Assembly: GCF_004010195.1 (NCBI RefSeq) | Contig: NC_057751.1 | Span: 5,729,299-5,793,298 of the forward strand | Source of the DNA: Chiloscyllium plagiosum | Lineage: Eukaryota | DNA: 64,000 bases | Direction of reading: 5' to 3' | Part shown: positions 23,826 to 37,513 of the stretch, one piece after another | Layout: each line of letters starts with the position of its first letter | Numbering within the stretch: position 1 is the first letter of the stretch | Program-made: the position numbers and the translations under genes | Notes under the pieces: model-generated | The model's database searches: none | What the model saw: only the letters and a program-made list of their open reading frames with translations | What the model was told of the DNA's origin: nothing

Positions 23826-25149
23826 CTTATTATCAACGTTCTCGCACCGGTTTTTTTAAAAAGGGGAATATAGAGGATGTGCAGAACAAATTGAATTTCA
23901 CATGACAGAAATCTGTCTGACAGCAGTTCAGTGGGTGGATGATACGGGGGTGGGGGGAAAGAGGGGGGCTCTGAACAGCCCGCGACTCCCGAGGAGTTCA
24001 GAGAAGGAGTCATGCTATCAAGGACACCATTACTGGAGGGAAATGCAGTGGTCAAGCTGCCATCCTCTCAAGCAACTGAACTCATGAGATCCAGTTCCCT
24101 CTGAAAGAAAAACAAAAGGCCTGCTATCCTTTAACATCTGTCACCATCTAAAGATGCTTCACTACCAATGTTGAACTTCTGAAGTGTAGCCACTGTTGTA
24201 ATATGTGAAACACAGTACCTTCCAAACCCACAACCTTTACCCACCAGAACGATAAAGGCAGCAAATGCACGGTGACACCGTTGTATTAACCCCCTCGACC
24301 ACCTGGAGGTTCCTCTCCAAGCCATAACCATTCTGACTTGGAACTGTACTGTGACCCCTTCATTCAAAATCTTGGGACTTTGTTTGCAACAGTATTGTGG
24401 GTATCCTGACATCCCGAGGGTTGCACAGTTTAAGAAGTCAACTCACCATGAGGTACTCAAAATGTGGAGAATACCAGTGTCATATTTGTGCCCTATTGTT
24501 GGAATCCTTTTTGCTGAAATGTAATGCCATGCAGTTGATCATGGTGAAGCAATTAAGATAACTATTTGAATTTTTGGCAGCTATTTGCAGTGTTGTGAAT
24601 GGAATTCCAATTCAGGAGAGCAAACTTTCTTTAGCTGCTATAGACTCTCCTAACTCCAATGTTTGCATAAATAGAAGTATTTTACTGCTTGTTTTTGGTT
24701 GTGAATTTTCAGAGATTACATGTTTTTGCAACTTAAAACAAATGATTTTGCATGTCTCATAGTTATGGCGGAAGTCTGCAATGTTAATATGGTGGGGAAG
24801 GCTGGGTTTTTACAGTTGTGCAATATAGAATTGGTAAGGTATCTTTTGCTGCTTGGAAACATTTGGAATTCATCAAGAAGTTGAGAGATGTGATGTATTT
24901 TCAATGTATTTTCATGCTAAGGAGAGGACGAGGTAACCATGGCTGACAAGCAAAGTCAGGGACAGCATAAAAGCAAAAAGAAAAAGTATACAATGGGAAA
25001 ATCAGAGGATTGGGAAATCTTTAAAAGCCAACAGACAATAACTGGAAAAAAATCAATCAGGTGGGGAAGATGAAATAGGGGAATAAACTAGCTAGTACTA
25101 TTTAAAAAATTGCAAGAATTATTTTTAGATTTCTAAAAAGTAAGCGAGA

Positions 25150-25410
25150 CGCTAATGTTTCAAATCTAGATGACTCTTCATCAGAGCTGAAGTGAAGTGT
25201 GGAGAGCGCAGCATTTATGCAATAATGGGGGTGTGGGGGGTGGGGGTGGGGGAACGGGGTGTTGGAGTGCTGAGGGAGAAGGGATGTTCCAAGTTCACCA
25301 AATCCCAGCAGTGAAATGGAAAGCAACAAACTTGTGCATGGTGAAAGAGACAGCCAGATAACCTGTTTTGAAGAGATTGAGGGCTTAATAGCATCTAGGA
25401 CACTCAGGAG
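25150..25410 (-). mobile_element. Penelope-type 3' fragment (third family) with hammerhead motif
   Basis: Minus strand GCT-CTGATGA-A-GAGTC-ATCTA-GATTT-GAAA-CA-TT-AGC at 25187-25151; helix I would be GCT/AGC. Confidence 0.65.
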
Positions 25411-26379
25411 AACTCTTCTGTTCTTCATCAAAATAATAAAATAAAATTCATTTTTACTCTCATTCATAAGATGTGGGTTTTGTTCCTCCAGGCCAAGTTC
25501 TTGCAGTTCCTCAGTTCCCTAAGACTACAGTGCATCCCGTAACCAGGATTTTTCCACAGCACAGTTAGTCTGCTGACTGGGTAAGTATTTACCACTATTC
25601 AATTTAATTTACATGAGATGAAGCGAATTTATTCGTGCAGCCTGCTACCTGGCTTTAATACATTTTTGTGTTAGTCACAACAAAAAAGATGATAGAAAAT
25701 TGTGAAACTTACATTTTGAATGGATTGACATTTCAGTGTTTGGTTGAGAGCGATAGAAGGGAAGACAATGCAAATCAAGAAGTGAGAGATAACAATGAGA
25801 GAGATCTGGGATTGTCTGTTCTTTGAAGATGACAAGTGATATAAAAATCATTTTTTTACACAAGTTGATGACTCAGACTTGAATCCATGTGTGTAGGCCT
25901 ACAATCAAAGGAGTAAAATGATCAGATATCACTGTCATTCTTATGGTCACAAGATACTAAATCATGAAGCATCCCTATGATTGCTATTTCCCATGAAGGT
26001 GCTGTCATAATCAAAACTTTCACAGTCACAAATAAGGTGATGCAATAAATAGTTAGATTTTCTGTACATTGATTAGCTTAATTGCATTAAATTTACATCA
26101 TTACTTTGAGTATCCTGAAAACAAGCCATGAGAATTCCTGCTCCTAAGTTTGAAAACGGTTAGGAAAGAAAGACAAGATCTATGTAGTTGAGAACAATCA
26201 GAGAGTAGACAAGGCAAATAAAGAGGTGAAAAAAAATCAGCAAGACAGACCTGTGCTTAGGTATCCAAGAGATCAAGGCAGTCTCATTGAAAAGGAAGAA
26301 ACACAATATTGATATCCATATGGTTTTCACAAGTTTAGAATGTTCTACTGATTTAAAGAACTTTACAGATGACAAATTA

Positions 26380-26693
26380 CTTTAAAAGTGCAGTCAGTAC
26401 TGCAGTGTAGGAGACATGACAGCCAACCTGAACACAGCAAACTCTCACAAGATAGCAATGTAATAATGACCAGATAATTTGTTTCAATTAAGTTGATTGA
26501 CAGACAAGACCAATTCTTTAAAATAGTTGTCATGGCACAGAGAGATCTTTCAGGACCCCAGTTTAATATCTTATCTGAAAGCCTGCTCCTCAGACTGCAG
26601 GGCTCCCTCAGTCCTGTACAGGCATCCGAGTCTTGATTTTTGGTTTCAAGTATCTCTATCGAAGCTTGAATGCATAACCACCTGACTCAGAAG
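26380..26693 (-). mobile_element. Deu-domain SINE (SacSINE1/AmnSINE1-like), degenerate
   Basis: acagcaaactctcacaagatagcaatgtaataatgaccagataat and gtttaatatcttatctgaaag resemble the reverse-complemented Deu domain as I recall it. Confidence 0.6.
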
Positions 26694-27633
26694 TGTTCTA
26701 TTCCTGAAAGCTGTGTGGAGAAGGATATAGCTGAAGTCTAGTTGTATACAATTAATAGCTTTTAATCACAAGTCTGTGTTTGTGGGCAGTGTCAATGCTG
26801 AGTGTCGTGTGATGCAGATTGGGTGATTTATAATTTTTTGTGTGTTCTTGGAGAATTAATGATTACCTTGTCGGTGTTTCTGTAGCCTTGATTATTTCTT
26901 TTAAAACAGCTTGCTGGAAAAGCTTTGAGAATTATCATTAATTTTATTTACATTCAGAGAGTTTATGATTGAACAAAGTAAATAATTGTGCATCAAAGTT
27001 TCTGTTAGAAAATTTTGGGTTCTTTTTGTTAAGTTTCAGCTTTTTGTAAACTGGTTTTTGGTTTTAGACACTTCAATAAATATCCATGAATGAAAATGGA
27101 TGTCTGAAACAGTGCTCCTGAGAAGCGTAGAACACAGTAAAAATAGAGTATCTTAGAGTGAGAAGTTTAGTGACAGTCCCAAACCAGAAGTGTTTTGATC
27201 AAAACCCTGATGAGTTTATTTCATCGAAGAATGTTTAAACTCCTGTGTATGGAAGTTTCATAAAAGGCCATTAGATGTTCCTAACTGGCTGCTGAATTCA
27301 CAATTAAGACTTTTCATTGGCTTGACTACTGTACAAGGAGTGATTTTGAGGGAAGTTTTTGAATTAATGGGACTATATTTCTATTGTGTTTCAAACTCTT
27401 TAAAACTATATTATCTATAAAAAGTTTGGTTTTTCCTATTTTATATTAATTTCTCTTGCTCAATAAATGTTAGTTTTATTGTTAAAACCACACCTGCAAT
27501 ACAGCGTGCTCATATTTCAGTGAGCACTCATCTTGTTAATACTAAAGCAAAGCAAAACAAAGCATGATCGATCAAGCAGATTTGAGTCTGGAATCTGATT
27601 TATCTTGTAATAATATCAGCTGGAATCATAACA
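26694..27633 (+). mobile_element. Probable solo LTR
   Basis: TGTT...AACA termini and an internal AATAAA. The 3' end cataaca is shared with the LTR ending at 35537. Flanks gaag/gtag could be a decayed 4-bp TSD. Confidence 0.5.
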
Positions 27634-28029
27634 GTAGCACTGTACAGGTATGTACAAAATCACAACATCATCACTTTGCATATTTCTGTGGTTGGTGTTG
27701 TGGGTTGCTGCTGCCAGGAATTCATGTAGAAAATTCCCAGTGATGTCATGAATTGAGTACATTAAACATTTGGCACAGTCTGAGAATATTGCACTAAAGC
27801 TTTGATTTTGTTTTAAAACAATTTGAGTAAGACATAATAATTGTCAAACTTTGCCAAGCCTTATGGCACCAGTATGTTACTGTAACACTCTGTAAAATAT
27901 ACAGTACACTATCGGAAATAGAAGCCACCATCTGGGATTGATTGATTGTTTCTATGTTGCATGGTGGTATTTAAGGTGACTGATATGACACACCTCTGTG
28001 ATGATCATTTCCTGATCATATATATAAAC

Positions 28030-28526
28030 ACGTGAACAAGGAAAAAGAGTAGGCCACTTGGCCCTTCGAGCCTGCTCCACCATTCAATAACATTGTGGCT
28101 GATTTGATTTTAACCTCAGCTCTCCATTCCGACATATATCTGGTAATCTTTCATCCTCTTGGTAATCAAGAATCTGTCTACCTCTCCTTTAAAAAATATT
28201 TAGAAATTGCCTTTTGAGGAATTCCAAAGTCTATCCACCCTCCGAGGTAAAAATGTTTTCTCAACCCTGTTTTAAATGGAGGCCCTTTCATTTTAAATGA
28301 TGATACCGAGTACCAGATTCTCCCCTGAGAGAAAGCTTCCTTTCTGATCAAGTCTCTTCAGAATCTTACATGTCAGTTCAGTCACTTCTGACTCTTTTAA
28401 ACTCCAGAGGATAAAAATCTAGCCTGTCTAGCCTTTCCTCATTTGGCATTCATTCATGCCAGGTATTACTAAAACTTATCTGAATTCTTCTATTGCATTA
28501 ACATTCTTCTATAAGTTTGGTAACCC
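28030..28526 (-). mobile_element. CR1-clade LINE 3' end (resumes briefly after 35537)
   Basis: gagtaggccacttggcccttcgagcctgctccaccattcaataa is a reverse-complemented CR1-type 3' UTR; the rest is decayed ORF2 C-terminus. Confidence 0.7.
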
Positions 28527-31500
28527 TGTCACAAAGCTGGTCCTTTTTTCCCAAAAGCTGTTCCTTTTCTCAAGCATCCTGTGTCCTTGTTTTCTTTTCA
28601 GAGGGGTCGTAAACAGGCATGGCTTCGAAACAGCTGGGTTTGGACCCGAGATGAAAGGCCTTTTTGTTTATACATAAACAGACGAGTCTTTAGGCCAAAG
28701 CTTTTATGTTTTTAGAATTAACCTGTATAAGTCAAGGGGGTGTGGCCAGCTCTCTTGCTGAGCAGTTCAGTCCTGAACTAGTTAGGGAGTTCAGTTGTGG
28801 AGCTGTGTGGAAACAGACTGCTGGACTCTCTCTCTTTCTGTGCTTCTAACTTCGACCTGAAAGCCTTTGTTTCATTATTACTGTGCTTAAGGGGTTTGTT
28901 TATTGGAACTGATGTGTATATTCGGGACAGCATAATTAAGTCTAGTTTGGATAGACTGAGTTCTGGAGGGGTTCTTTAATCTGTTCTTTGCATTTCATTG
29001 TGTAATTTAGTGAATACATTTTTTTGTCTGTTTTAAAACCCGGTGGTCAACCTAGCTAACTTACTCTGGGTAATTTTCACTGTACACTTACCAAAAAGAA
29101 TTGTTAAGTTATAGTCTGGGCTGCAGCTTAAGAATGTTTTGAGTGGGGGGATCCAAGATGGCGGCGACTCAGCAAGTCTGCATCTATAGTGCTCCTCCCA
29201 AGACTTGGGCAAAGTGGGCCACCCGCCTCCACCACACTCACCAAATTACTTAATGTAATTAGTTGCTCAGTACTGAATTTAAACAATTTAATCTCTTGTA
29301 AAAATGACTAAAGGGAAGGGACCCCGCAGTTCTCAGCAGACAGGAACCTCTCCCACACTCTCTCCAGCTGCAGCAGAGGCGTCCGCAGCCGCCCCGGGGG
29401 ACTTACTTACGGTGGCGAGCCTCGTGGAAATAAGCTCCAAACTCGATGCAAAAATCGATGCCTTCATCGAAGAGTCCCGGAGCCGATGGACTCACTCTCG
29501 GCCGCGCTACAAAAGCACGACCGAGACATCAAGGAAATTGAGCGCTGAGTCGGAGTGGCGGAGCTAAAGGCCGCGACCTCCGAGACTATAGCAGAATCAG
29601 CCATGGATCAGGTCCGGACTCTCGAACAGCGAGTTTGGACCTTAGAGAATCACATTGACGACCTCGCGAATCGAGGTTGTCGAAAAATATTCGTTTGCTG
29701 GGCCTTCCCGAACGGGAAGAGGAAGGCCAGCTTACAGCATTTCTCGAACAGTGGCTTACACACCTTTTAAATCTGAGGCTGGATCAGGCCAGGTAAGGGT
29801 GGAATGGGCCTACTGGGTTGCAATACGCGGGCCCGGCTCAAACTAGCGCCCCCGCCCAGTCCTGTTCCAGTTGCAGAGCTAGAAGGAAAGGCAGATGCTC
29901 TTAGAAGCTTCCAGAAATCTTGGGAAAGATCCCCAAATAATGATTTATAAAGGATCCAAGATTATGTTATTCCAGGACTTTTCCCCAGCTCTGGTCCCAA
30001 AGAGGAAGGCGTTTGATGAAGCGAAGAAGTGTTTAAGGGACTTAAATATTCAGTACTCCTTGCGCGACCCAGCGACGCTACGCTTTAACTATGAAGGGTC
30101 CGTGTATAACTTTGGATCGCCGGAAAAGGCCAAGGAATTTTTGGACTCTCTTAGATAAATTGTTAGAGTTAATTGATGTTGTTTTGCTCTCCCCCCACTC
30201 TGGTTTACATCCCCCCTTTTTAAAATATTAATCCCGTTTTTACCTTACTGTTTAAAATTATCTTCGGGGGGTGGGGAGAGGGACTTATTTATTTGTTCTC
30301 TACTTAGCGATTTCCTACCCCTTTTTTTATATATATATATATGTAGGCTGGGGGGGTCTAGTTAATGTTGGTGGGGTGAGGTGATGACCTTATCCTATTT
30401 TATTACTGTCTTTAGGAGCGGGGTTGTTTTCCCCTGTTATTTTGTATTATTATTATATTTAATTATTACTTGTTGAGGCTGTAATTTTATAGTTATATAT
30501 GTTTATACATGGTAATAACATGACCAAATATACCCAGGTGTTGGTGTGGGTGGGGTGGGTGGCAGTAGAGTGTAGTATATTTGAATTTTCTTCATTCTAT
30601 CGAGGGGTGCCTGGGTCAAGGGTGGGGCACTGGTTTGGGAGAGGATATGATGGACTTTTGGAAAGGAAGTGATACCCCCTGGGAACAAGGGGGAAGATCT
30701 CCATTTAAATACGTTTTGTTTAATTTCGAAATAGTTTTTTATTATATTGATGTGAATTTTATATGCTCTATGCTCGGGATGTTCTGGATAGGGTTTCCCC
30801 TCCCGAGGGGTCTTGGACTTGCCCGGAAGATGATGGTTGATCAGTCGGTTAAGTGGTGCACCTGCAATGTCAAGGGGAGTAATTCACCAGTCAAAAGGAA
30901 GAAAATATTATCAAACCTCAAGAAAGAAAGGGTTGAAAAAGCTCTCCGACAGGAGACACACTTATTGAATAAAGAACACTTGAAATTATGACAGGGTGGA
31001 TTTGATCAGGCCTTTTTTTCTTCCTTCAGCTCAAAAAGTAGGGGAGTTGTTATTCTTATTCGGAAGAATTTCCCTTTCAAAATCCTAAATCAGATAAAAA
31101 ATGAATCTGGACAATATGTTCTAATTAAAGCCCTTATAAATGGAGAGGAATATGGGATCTTAAATTTGTATTGACCCCCGGCACATCCTTTTAAATTTAT
31201 GACAGAAGCCTTCTCAAAATTGATGGCTCTCGGTGCTCATCATATAATTATAAGGGGAGATTTTAATTGTATTATGGATCCGGAAATAGATAGGATTCCC
31301 AAGAGTACTGCAGGAATATTTCCCAGATCTTGACAATTGGTGGATTTGAACAAAGAATTTGGACTAGTAGATGTATGGAGATGCCTTCATCCACAGGGCA
31401 GAGATTTTTCTTTTTACTCCAATCCACATAAATGTCATACCAGAATTGATATATTTTTTGCCCCCTCGATTTTTTAAAAATTCCATATCATCCTGTAAAA

Positions 31501-34500
31501 TAGGCAGTATAGCAATTTCTGATCATACTGCTATACATATGGAAATCAAGGCGAGGAATAATGAGACATCCCCCGGCATTGGCGTATTGACCCCTTTCTG
31601 ATGAACGATAGTAAATTTGTAAAGTACTTCTCTCAAGAATTTAAAGAATATGGGATCTTAAATTTGTATTGACCCCCGGCACATCCTTTTAAATTTATGA
31701 CGGAAGCCTTCTCAAAATTGATGGCTCTCGGTGCTCGTCATATAATTATAAGGGGAGATTTTAATTGTATTATGGATCCGGAAATAAATAGGATTCCCAA
31801 GAGTACTGCAGGAATATTTCCCAGATCTAGACAATTGGTGGATTTGAACAAAGAATTTGGACTAGTAGATGTATGGAGATGCCTTCATCCACAGGGCAGA
31901 GATTTTTCTTTTTACTCCAATCCACGTAAATGCCATACCAGAATTGATATGTTTTTTGCCCCCTCGATTTTTTTAAAATTCCATATCATCCTATAAGATA
32001 GGCAGTATAGCAATTTCTGATCACACTGCTATACATATGGAAATCAAGGCGAGGAATAATGAGACATCCCCGGCATTGGCGTATTGACCCCTTTCTGATG
32101 AACGATAGTAAATTTGTAAAGTACTTCTCTCAAGAATTTAAAACTTTTTTATAAATTAATTCAGGTACGGCTAGCAACCCATCAATGATGTGGGAGACCA
32201 TCAAAGCTTACGGGTAAGGTTTGGTCATTTCATACTCAGTGACCCAGAAAAAAACTAAAGGGAGAACAACAGCATCTGCTCGAAACTCGCTTAAAAGCGG
32301 CTGAAACAGCTTATGCTGACAGATCTTCTATTATCAAATTACAAAAGATTACAGCACTTGGGATAACTCTAAACACCATGCTTACCCAAACAGCTAAGAG
32401 GGAAATATTATTTGCAAAACAAAGGTTCTATGAATTTGGCGATAAACCTGGTAGATACTTCGCATTTCTCGCAAAGAAAAAGAAGGCCCCTCAAACTATC
32501 ATGTCTTTCAAGGAAAGTACGGGTATTCTGACTCATGATCATTAAGGGATTAATGCAATCTTTAGCAAATTTTATTCTGATTTATGTAAATCGCAGGATT
32601 GCGAAGACAGAACTAGGAGGATGCAGTCATTTTTTAAAAACCTGACCTTTCCGCACCTAACTCCTAACTCCTAACCTAACAGGTATCGGTCTTGAGTGTT
32701 CCCCTAACAATTCAAGAAATACCTGACGCAATCAGACAACTTCAGAGCGGTAAGGCGCCTGGCCCAGATGGTTTTCAAGCTGAATTCTATAAAGAATTTA
32801 CAGGAATATTGGCTGGTCCACTTATGGACATGTATAACTATTCATACAGTCAGGGCTGTCTCCCGCCTTCGCTGAAAGAGGCGAATATCTCTCTTATCCT
32901 CAAAAAAGGAAAGGACCCAGAAGATTGCGCGTCATACAGACCAATATCCTTGTTAAATGTAGATTTTAACATTCTCTCTGAAACGTTAGCATTGAGGTGA
33001 GAAAGGGTATTGCCATATATCATAAAGGAGGATCAGACGGGGTTTATTAAGGCCCGTAGATCATCCAATAATGTCAGAATGGTTTTGAATGTGATTCAAG
33101 CCTGCCATCAGGGAAAGATACCAGGAATAGTAGTCTCATTAGACGCAGAAAAGGCATTCAACAGGGTTGAATGGTCATATTTATTCTACACATTGGAAAG
33201 GTTTGGCGCTGGAAAGGTGTTTACCAAATGGGTCTCAACACTGTCTGGTGATCCCAAAGCAGTTGTGGTTACCAATGGATTAGGCTCGGATACATTCAGT
33301 GTGGATAGGGGCTGCCGTCAGGGATGGCCTCTTTTGCCATTGCTATTTATGCTAATAATTGAGCCACTAGCAGAAGCTATACAGGCTGATCCTAATATAA
33401 CAGTCCTGAGGATTGGTACAGGTAAACATAAAATTACCCTTTATACAGATGATGTTCTTCTATTTCTCAGTAATCCTTTGATGTCCATGCCTTGCTTAGT
33501 CCAAGTTATTAATACATTTAGTGTATTTTCAGACTATAAACTTAAATTCTCAAAATCAGAGGCTATGCCAATGGGTGGCCTTGCTAGTATATCCCACTTA
33601 TTGGACGGATCCCACTTTCCCTTTTGGTGGTCCCTGGAGGGTTTCTTATATTTAGGCATTTTTATTACCCCAGTATTTGGTCAGTTATACAAGGCTAACT
33701 TTGTGCATTTACTGGAAAGGATAAGGCAGGACCTCCCGCAATGGGGAGACCTTCCAATTTCCTGGCTAGGTAGAATAGCACTAATTAAAATGAATGTCCT
33801 GCCCCGTCTCCTATCCCCTATGAGAATGCTTCCGGTGATGCTGCCGAGGCTGGCTCTATGTAAATTATATGGTTGGTTGGGTTCCTTTATCTGGAATCAT
33901 CGACGGCCCCTCAAAAAGCTGAAGAAGCTACAGCTTCCACAGGCAAGAGGAGGATTGGATTTCCAAGATTTTAGGAAATATCAGTTAAGTTCCCTGTGAA
34001 GTTACATAGCCGATTGGATCTTGTCTGACCTGCAATCAATCTGGATGGACATCGAGGCTTCTCAAGTAAAATGCCCACTTATTAACATCTTATTTTTAGA
34101 CAAAAGGAAAATCATCACGGATCAATGTAAAAACCCTGTAATTCTAAACACAATTAAAGCTTGGAATATAATGCGGCAAAATGAAGGCAACTCACATAAA
34201 ACATCCCCCTACACTCCGATAGTGGGAGCATGGGGATTTCAACCGGGGCTTACAGATGCTACTTTCAAACTCTGGAGATCCAGGGGTATCTCCTGTTTAG
34301 GGGATCTGTTTAAAGAAGGGATCCTGATGTCTTTTGAACAACTGCGTCAGAAATTTGGATTACGTAATGGTGACCTCTTTCGATACTTCCAAATTCGAGA
34401 TTACATACAGAAGAAGACTACGTTATTAGATAGTCTTTATAAATCAGATAGAGAACACAGAGTGTTATGGGTATTTTCATAATTTATCATTTTATTACAT

Positions 34501-35537
34501 GATGAAGTATCGGGAGATATGGACAATCTGCTTAAAACATGGGATCAAAATCTGGGGCTGGAAATCTCCATAGACATGTGGAATGACATTTGGGAACATG
34601 CCAGGAGAATCACCATCTGCAACAGAACTCAGGCCATTCTGTTGAAGATACTTCATAGGGCTCATATAGTACCGGACCGATTGGCAAAATGTAAGGCAGG
34701 AGCATCTCCAATGTGTCCCAAATGTAAAATAGAGGTGGGCACGCTTTTACATTGCTTATGGACCTGTCATAAGAGCCGTAGATATTGGACTAATGTAGTA
34801 AGTGCTCTGACAGAAATCTTAGGAACGGAAATTAGAGTGGACCCTGTATCTCTCCTTTTGGGCTTTTCGAACTTACTCTCCCTGGATATGCACGGGAAGA
34901 CATTATTTTCTATTCTCTCTTTCTGTTCAAGGAAAAATATTTTGGTAAACTGGGTGGCTACGGGCCCCCCTGGACTTTCGAATTGGCACAGATTAATCAT
35001 GGAAGGTATTCCCCTTGACTTCCTTACAAATATGATGCACCAAAAGACCGCATTATTCCATAAAATATGACAGCCCTTCTTGAATTACAAAAATACAGAT
35101 ATTTCGGCCATCCTAACAAGGGCTTTTATTTAATTGAGATGGCGAACCTGGCTGGTCCGGGACCCCTTGGGAGAGGAATCCTGCATGAATATGTGTTTTG
35201 TTATGATTTGATGTTAATACATTCTGAGCATGTATCTCACTACTCAATTTCTGTGTTATCTGTCGGTTTTTTTTCTCTTCTTTGAATAATGTAAGAGACT
35301 TAATTATATACTCTGGTTAGTTGTAGGTTAGATTAATAGTTAGTTGAGTTTTTTTTTCTCGGTATCTTTTTTTTCTGTTTGATAAATTTTGGTTATTATT
35401 TATTTAAGATTTAATTGTATATCAATGTTTATACTTGGGGTTTTTTATTTGTAAACTTGCAAAAATATGTTTAATTTTCAATAAAAATATCGATATTAAA
35501 AAAGAATGTTTTGAGTGGTCTAGCCTCATCCATAACA
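28527..35537 (+). mobile_element. Solo LTR (~640 bp: 28527-29146 plus 35519-35537) split by the L1 insertion
   Basis: TG...CA termini. The rejoined sequence is homologous to the reverse complement of the solo LTR at 58787-59412. No clear TSD. Confidence 0.65.
29147..35501 (+). mobile_element. Full-length L1-clade LINE, inactivated, with internal ~498-bp tandem duplication
   Basis: 17-bp TSD aagaatgttttgagtgg at 29130-29146 and 35502-35518. 5' GGGG-ATCCAAGATGGCGGC. ORF1 remnants 29304-30158 (IDDLANRGCRK, LFQDFS). ORF2 has EN (QETHL, GDFN), RT (KAPGPDG, DAEKAFNRV, GCRQG, LYTDD) and a C-terminal CPKC...HCLWTC. AATAAA plus A tail. Confidence 0.96.
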
Positions 35538-37513
35538 TACTATACACTGCTCCAGATGCAGTCTCGCTTTCCCTCCAACACTAGCCCTCCACTCCATTGC
35601 CATATATTCAGTGCTTACTTCAAGGGGCACTAGTTTATTTCCTGAATGATAGGTCAGGTAATGCTGTTAGTATCAGTTCTGCACAATATTGCTTTTACTT
35701 TCTGTTCGCCATACGCACAAATCTTTTAAAGAGTGTCAATTGACCACAAATCAGTTGTATTTTTTAGGAGGTTGTCCTGCCTTTCATCTCTTGTGTAAGA
35801 GAAAATTAATTGTCCTGTTAACTCCTGTCAGTATTTTAAAAATGTGATCTTCAGCTGTTGCTTAACAGAATTTGTTCAACAGCATGATCATGTGCATGAA
35901 CAGAGTACAATCCTTTCCCATCAGAGAACCACTTCTATAATTTCCATCCGCCAGCCCTGAGGTCACTGAAAATAGTTTCAAGATCTGAAATTATTTATAT
36001 GTTGTGGAAGGATTCATAAGCGTCAAAATCTGATGAAAAATCACTCTAATAAATTTTATGGCTAAATGTTGACATTTGGAAATTCCCAATTAAGATATAC
36101 TGGTACTTATTGCAACAGCATTCCTTTCACTATTAAACATTTCTAGTTATTAAGTTGAAGTTGAGGTACAGAAACAGTTTTACACTTTTTTTCTGAATGC
36201 TTCCAAGTTCCTTCATTTGATTTTAAGCTGCAATTTTAAAGATGGTGTCATTATCTCAGGAATCAGTGTTAACCCCGGTTAATCTATTGTTGCAATCATC
36301 AACTTTTTATTGGTTTCTTGTCCCACATCACTCCAATTCTGACAATGATGGATGAATATCCAATACTCAGAATGATTGTATTGTATTTCAAAGTACTTTT
36401 CTTTGCATTCAACAACAAATGACTTTTGGACCTAGGCTTGTAGATTTGAAACAAATCCACAACTTGCCAATGATACTGGCGGAGCAGACAGGCGAGAGAA
36501 TATGATATGCTGACAGTGCATATGCTAGCTGAAGTATAGCAGTTGCAGGATACCACACAAGTTGAACACAGGTTTGCACATCAGTCGAGACGTGTTAGTC
36601 ATAGAGATAATTTCCAAGATGGAGGGTTGCATGGTGTGAATTGTGTATTAATATTTTGGATGAAAGGTTATGGCTAAGATATAAAGCACGTTCTTCACAC
36701 AAACAGACAAGTGGAGGGTTTCAACAAGGCATTACGTACAGTCTCATTATTGTGCTGCTTGTGAACTATGGGTCTTATTAGAAAGCAACAAAACCTTGAA
36801 AGGTAAGCTGACATCATAAATTTTCGGCCAGAAGTTCTGTTTAATGGGTGCTGTAATCCCTCAGAAAGATCCTGCCCTTCTCTCACTCTCAAAATTATGC
36901 CATAGAATCATGCAGCAGTTTTTTCCTCTGACTTCTGTCAAGATTTTGTGGCATCCATGAGGCTGGGTTTTAGAGTGTCACAATTAAATCTGTCATGCTG
37001 ATCCACATTTAAACTACAACGATGCCCAATCTTTTATCATTCAATTGTGGCAGAATGTAGTGCTTCACAGAGAGTCATAATGCAGCAGTAGTTCACTTAC
37101 ATTCCTTGGTAAATATTGTTGCTCCCTGCACTCTGAGGCCTGCAATCATGGATTTCTGATTATGAAATGCTAACCATTTCAGCAAGAATAAGAAATGTAG
37201 GGAATGTTGAAGTAACAAATGCAAGAGACTGATTAAAAACAATTCACAAACATTCTTCCTTTCTGGGTTCACATCGAAAAATGTTGAAACAGCAGTTTGC
37301 AGTGCATTTACATTAGGTTACAGCTTGACATTGTTACAATCATGGTCAAAATGTTCAACTTTCATCATTTGCCTTTGATGCCTGAGACTTTCGTGGACTA
37401 AAATGGTTTTATAAGGGATGCTGCTGACATAAGATGGTTGGTGTGATCACCTGACAAGCACCTGCAACTCACATGGAATATCCAAAACTGGCTGCCTTGA
37501 AATTACCATTTTT

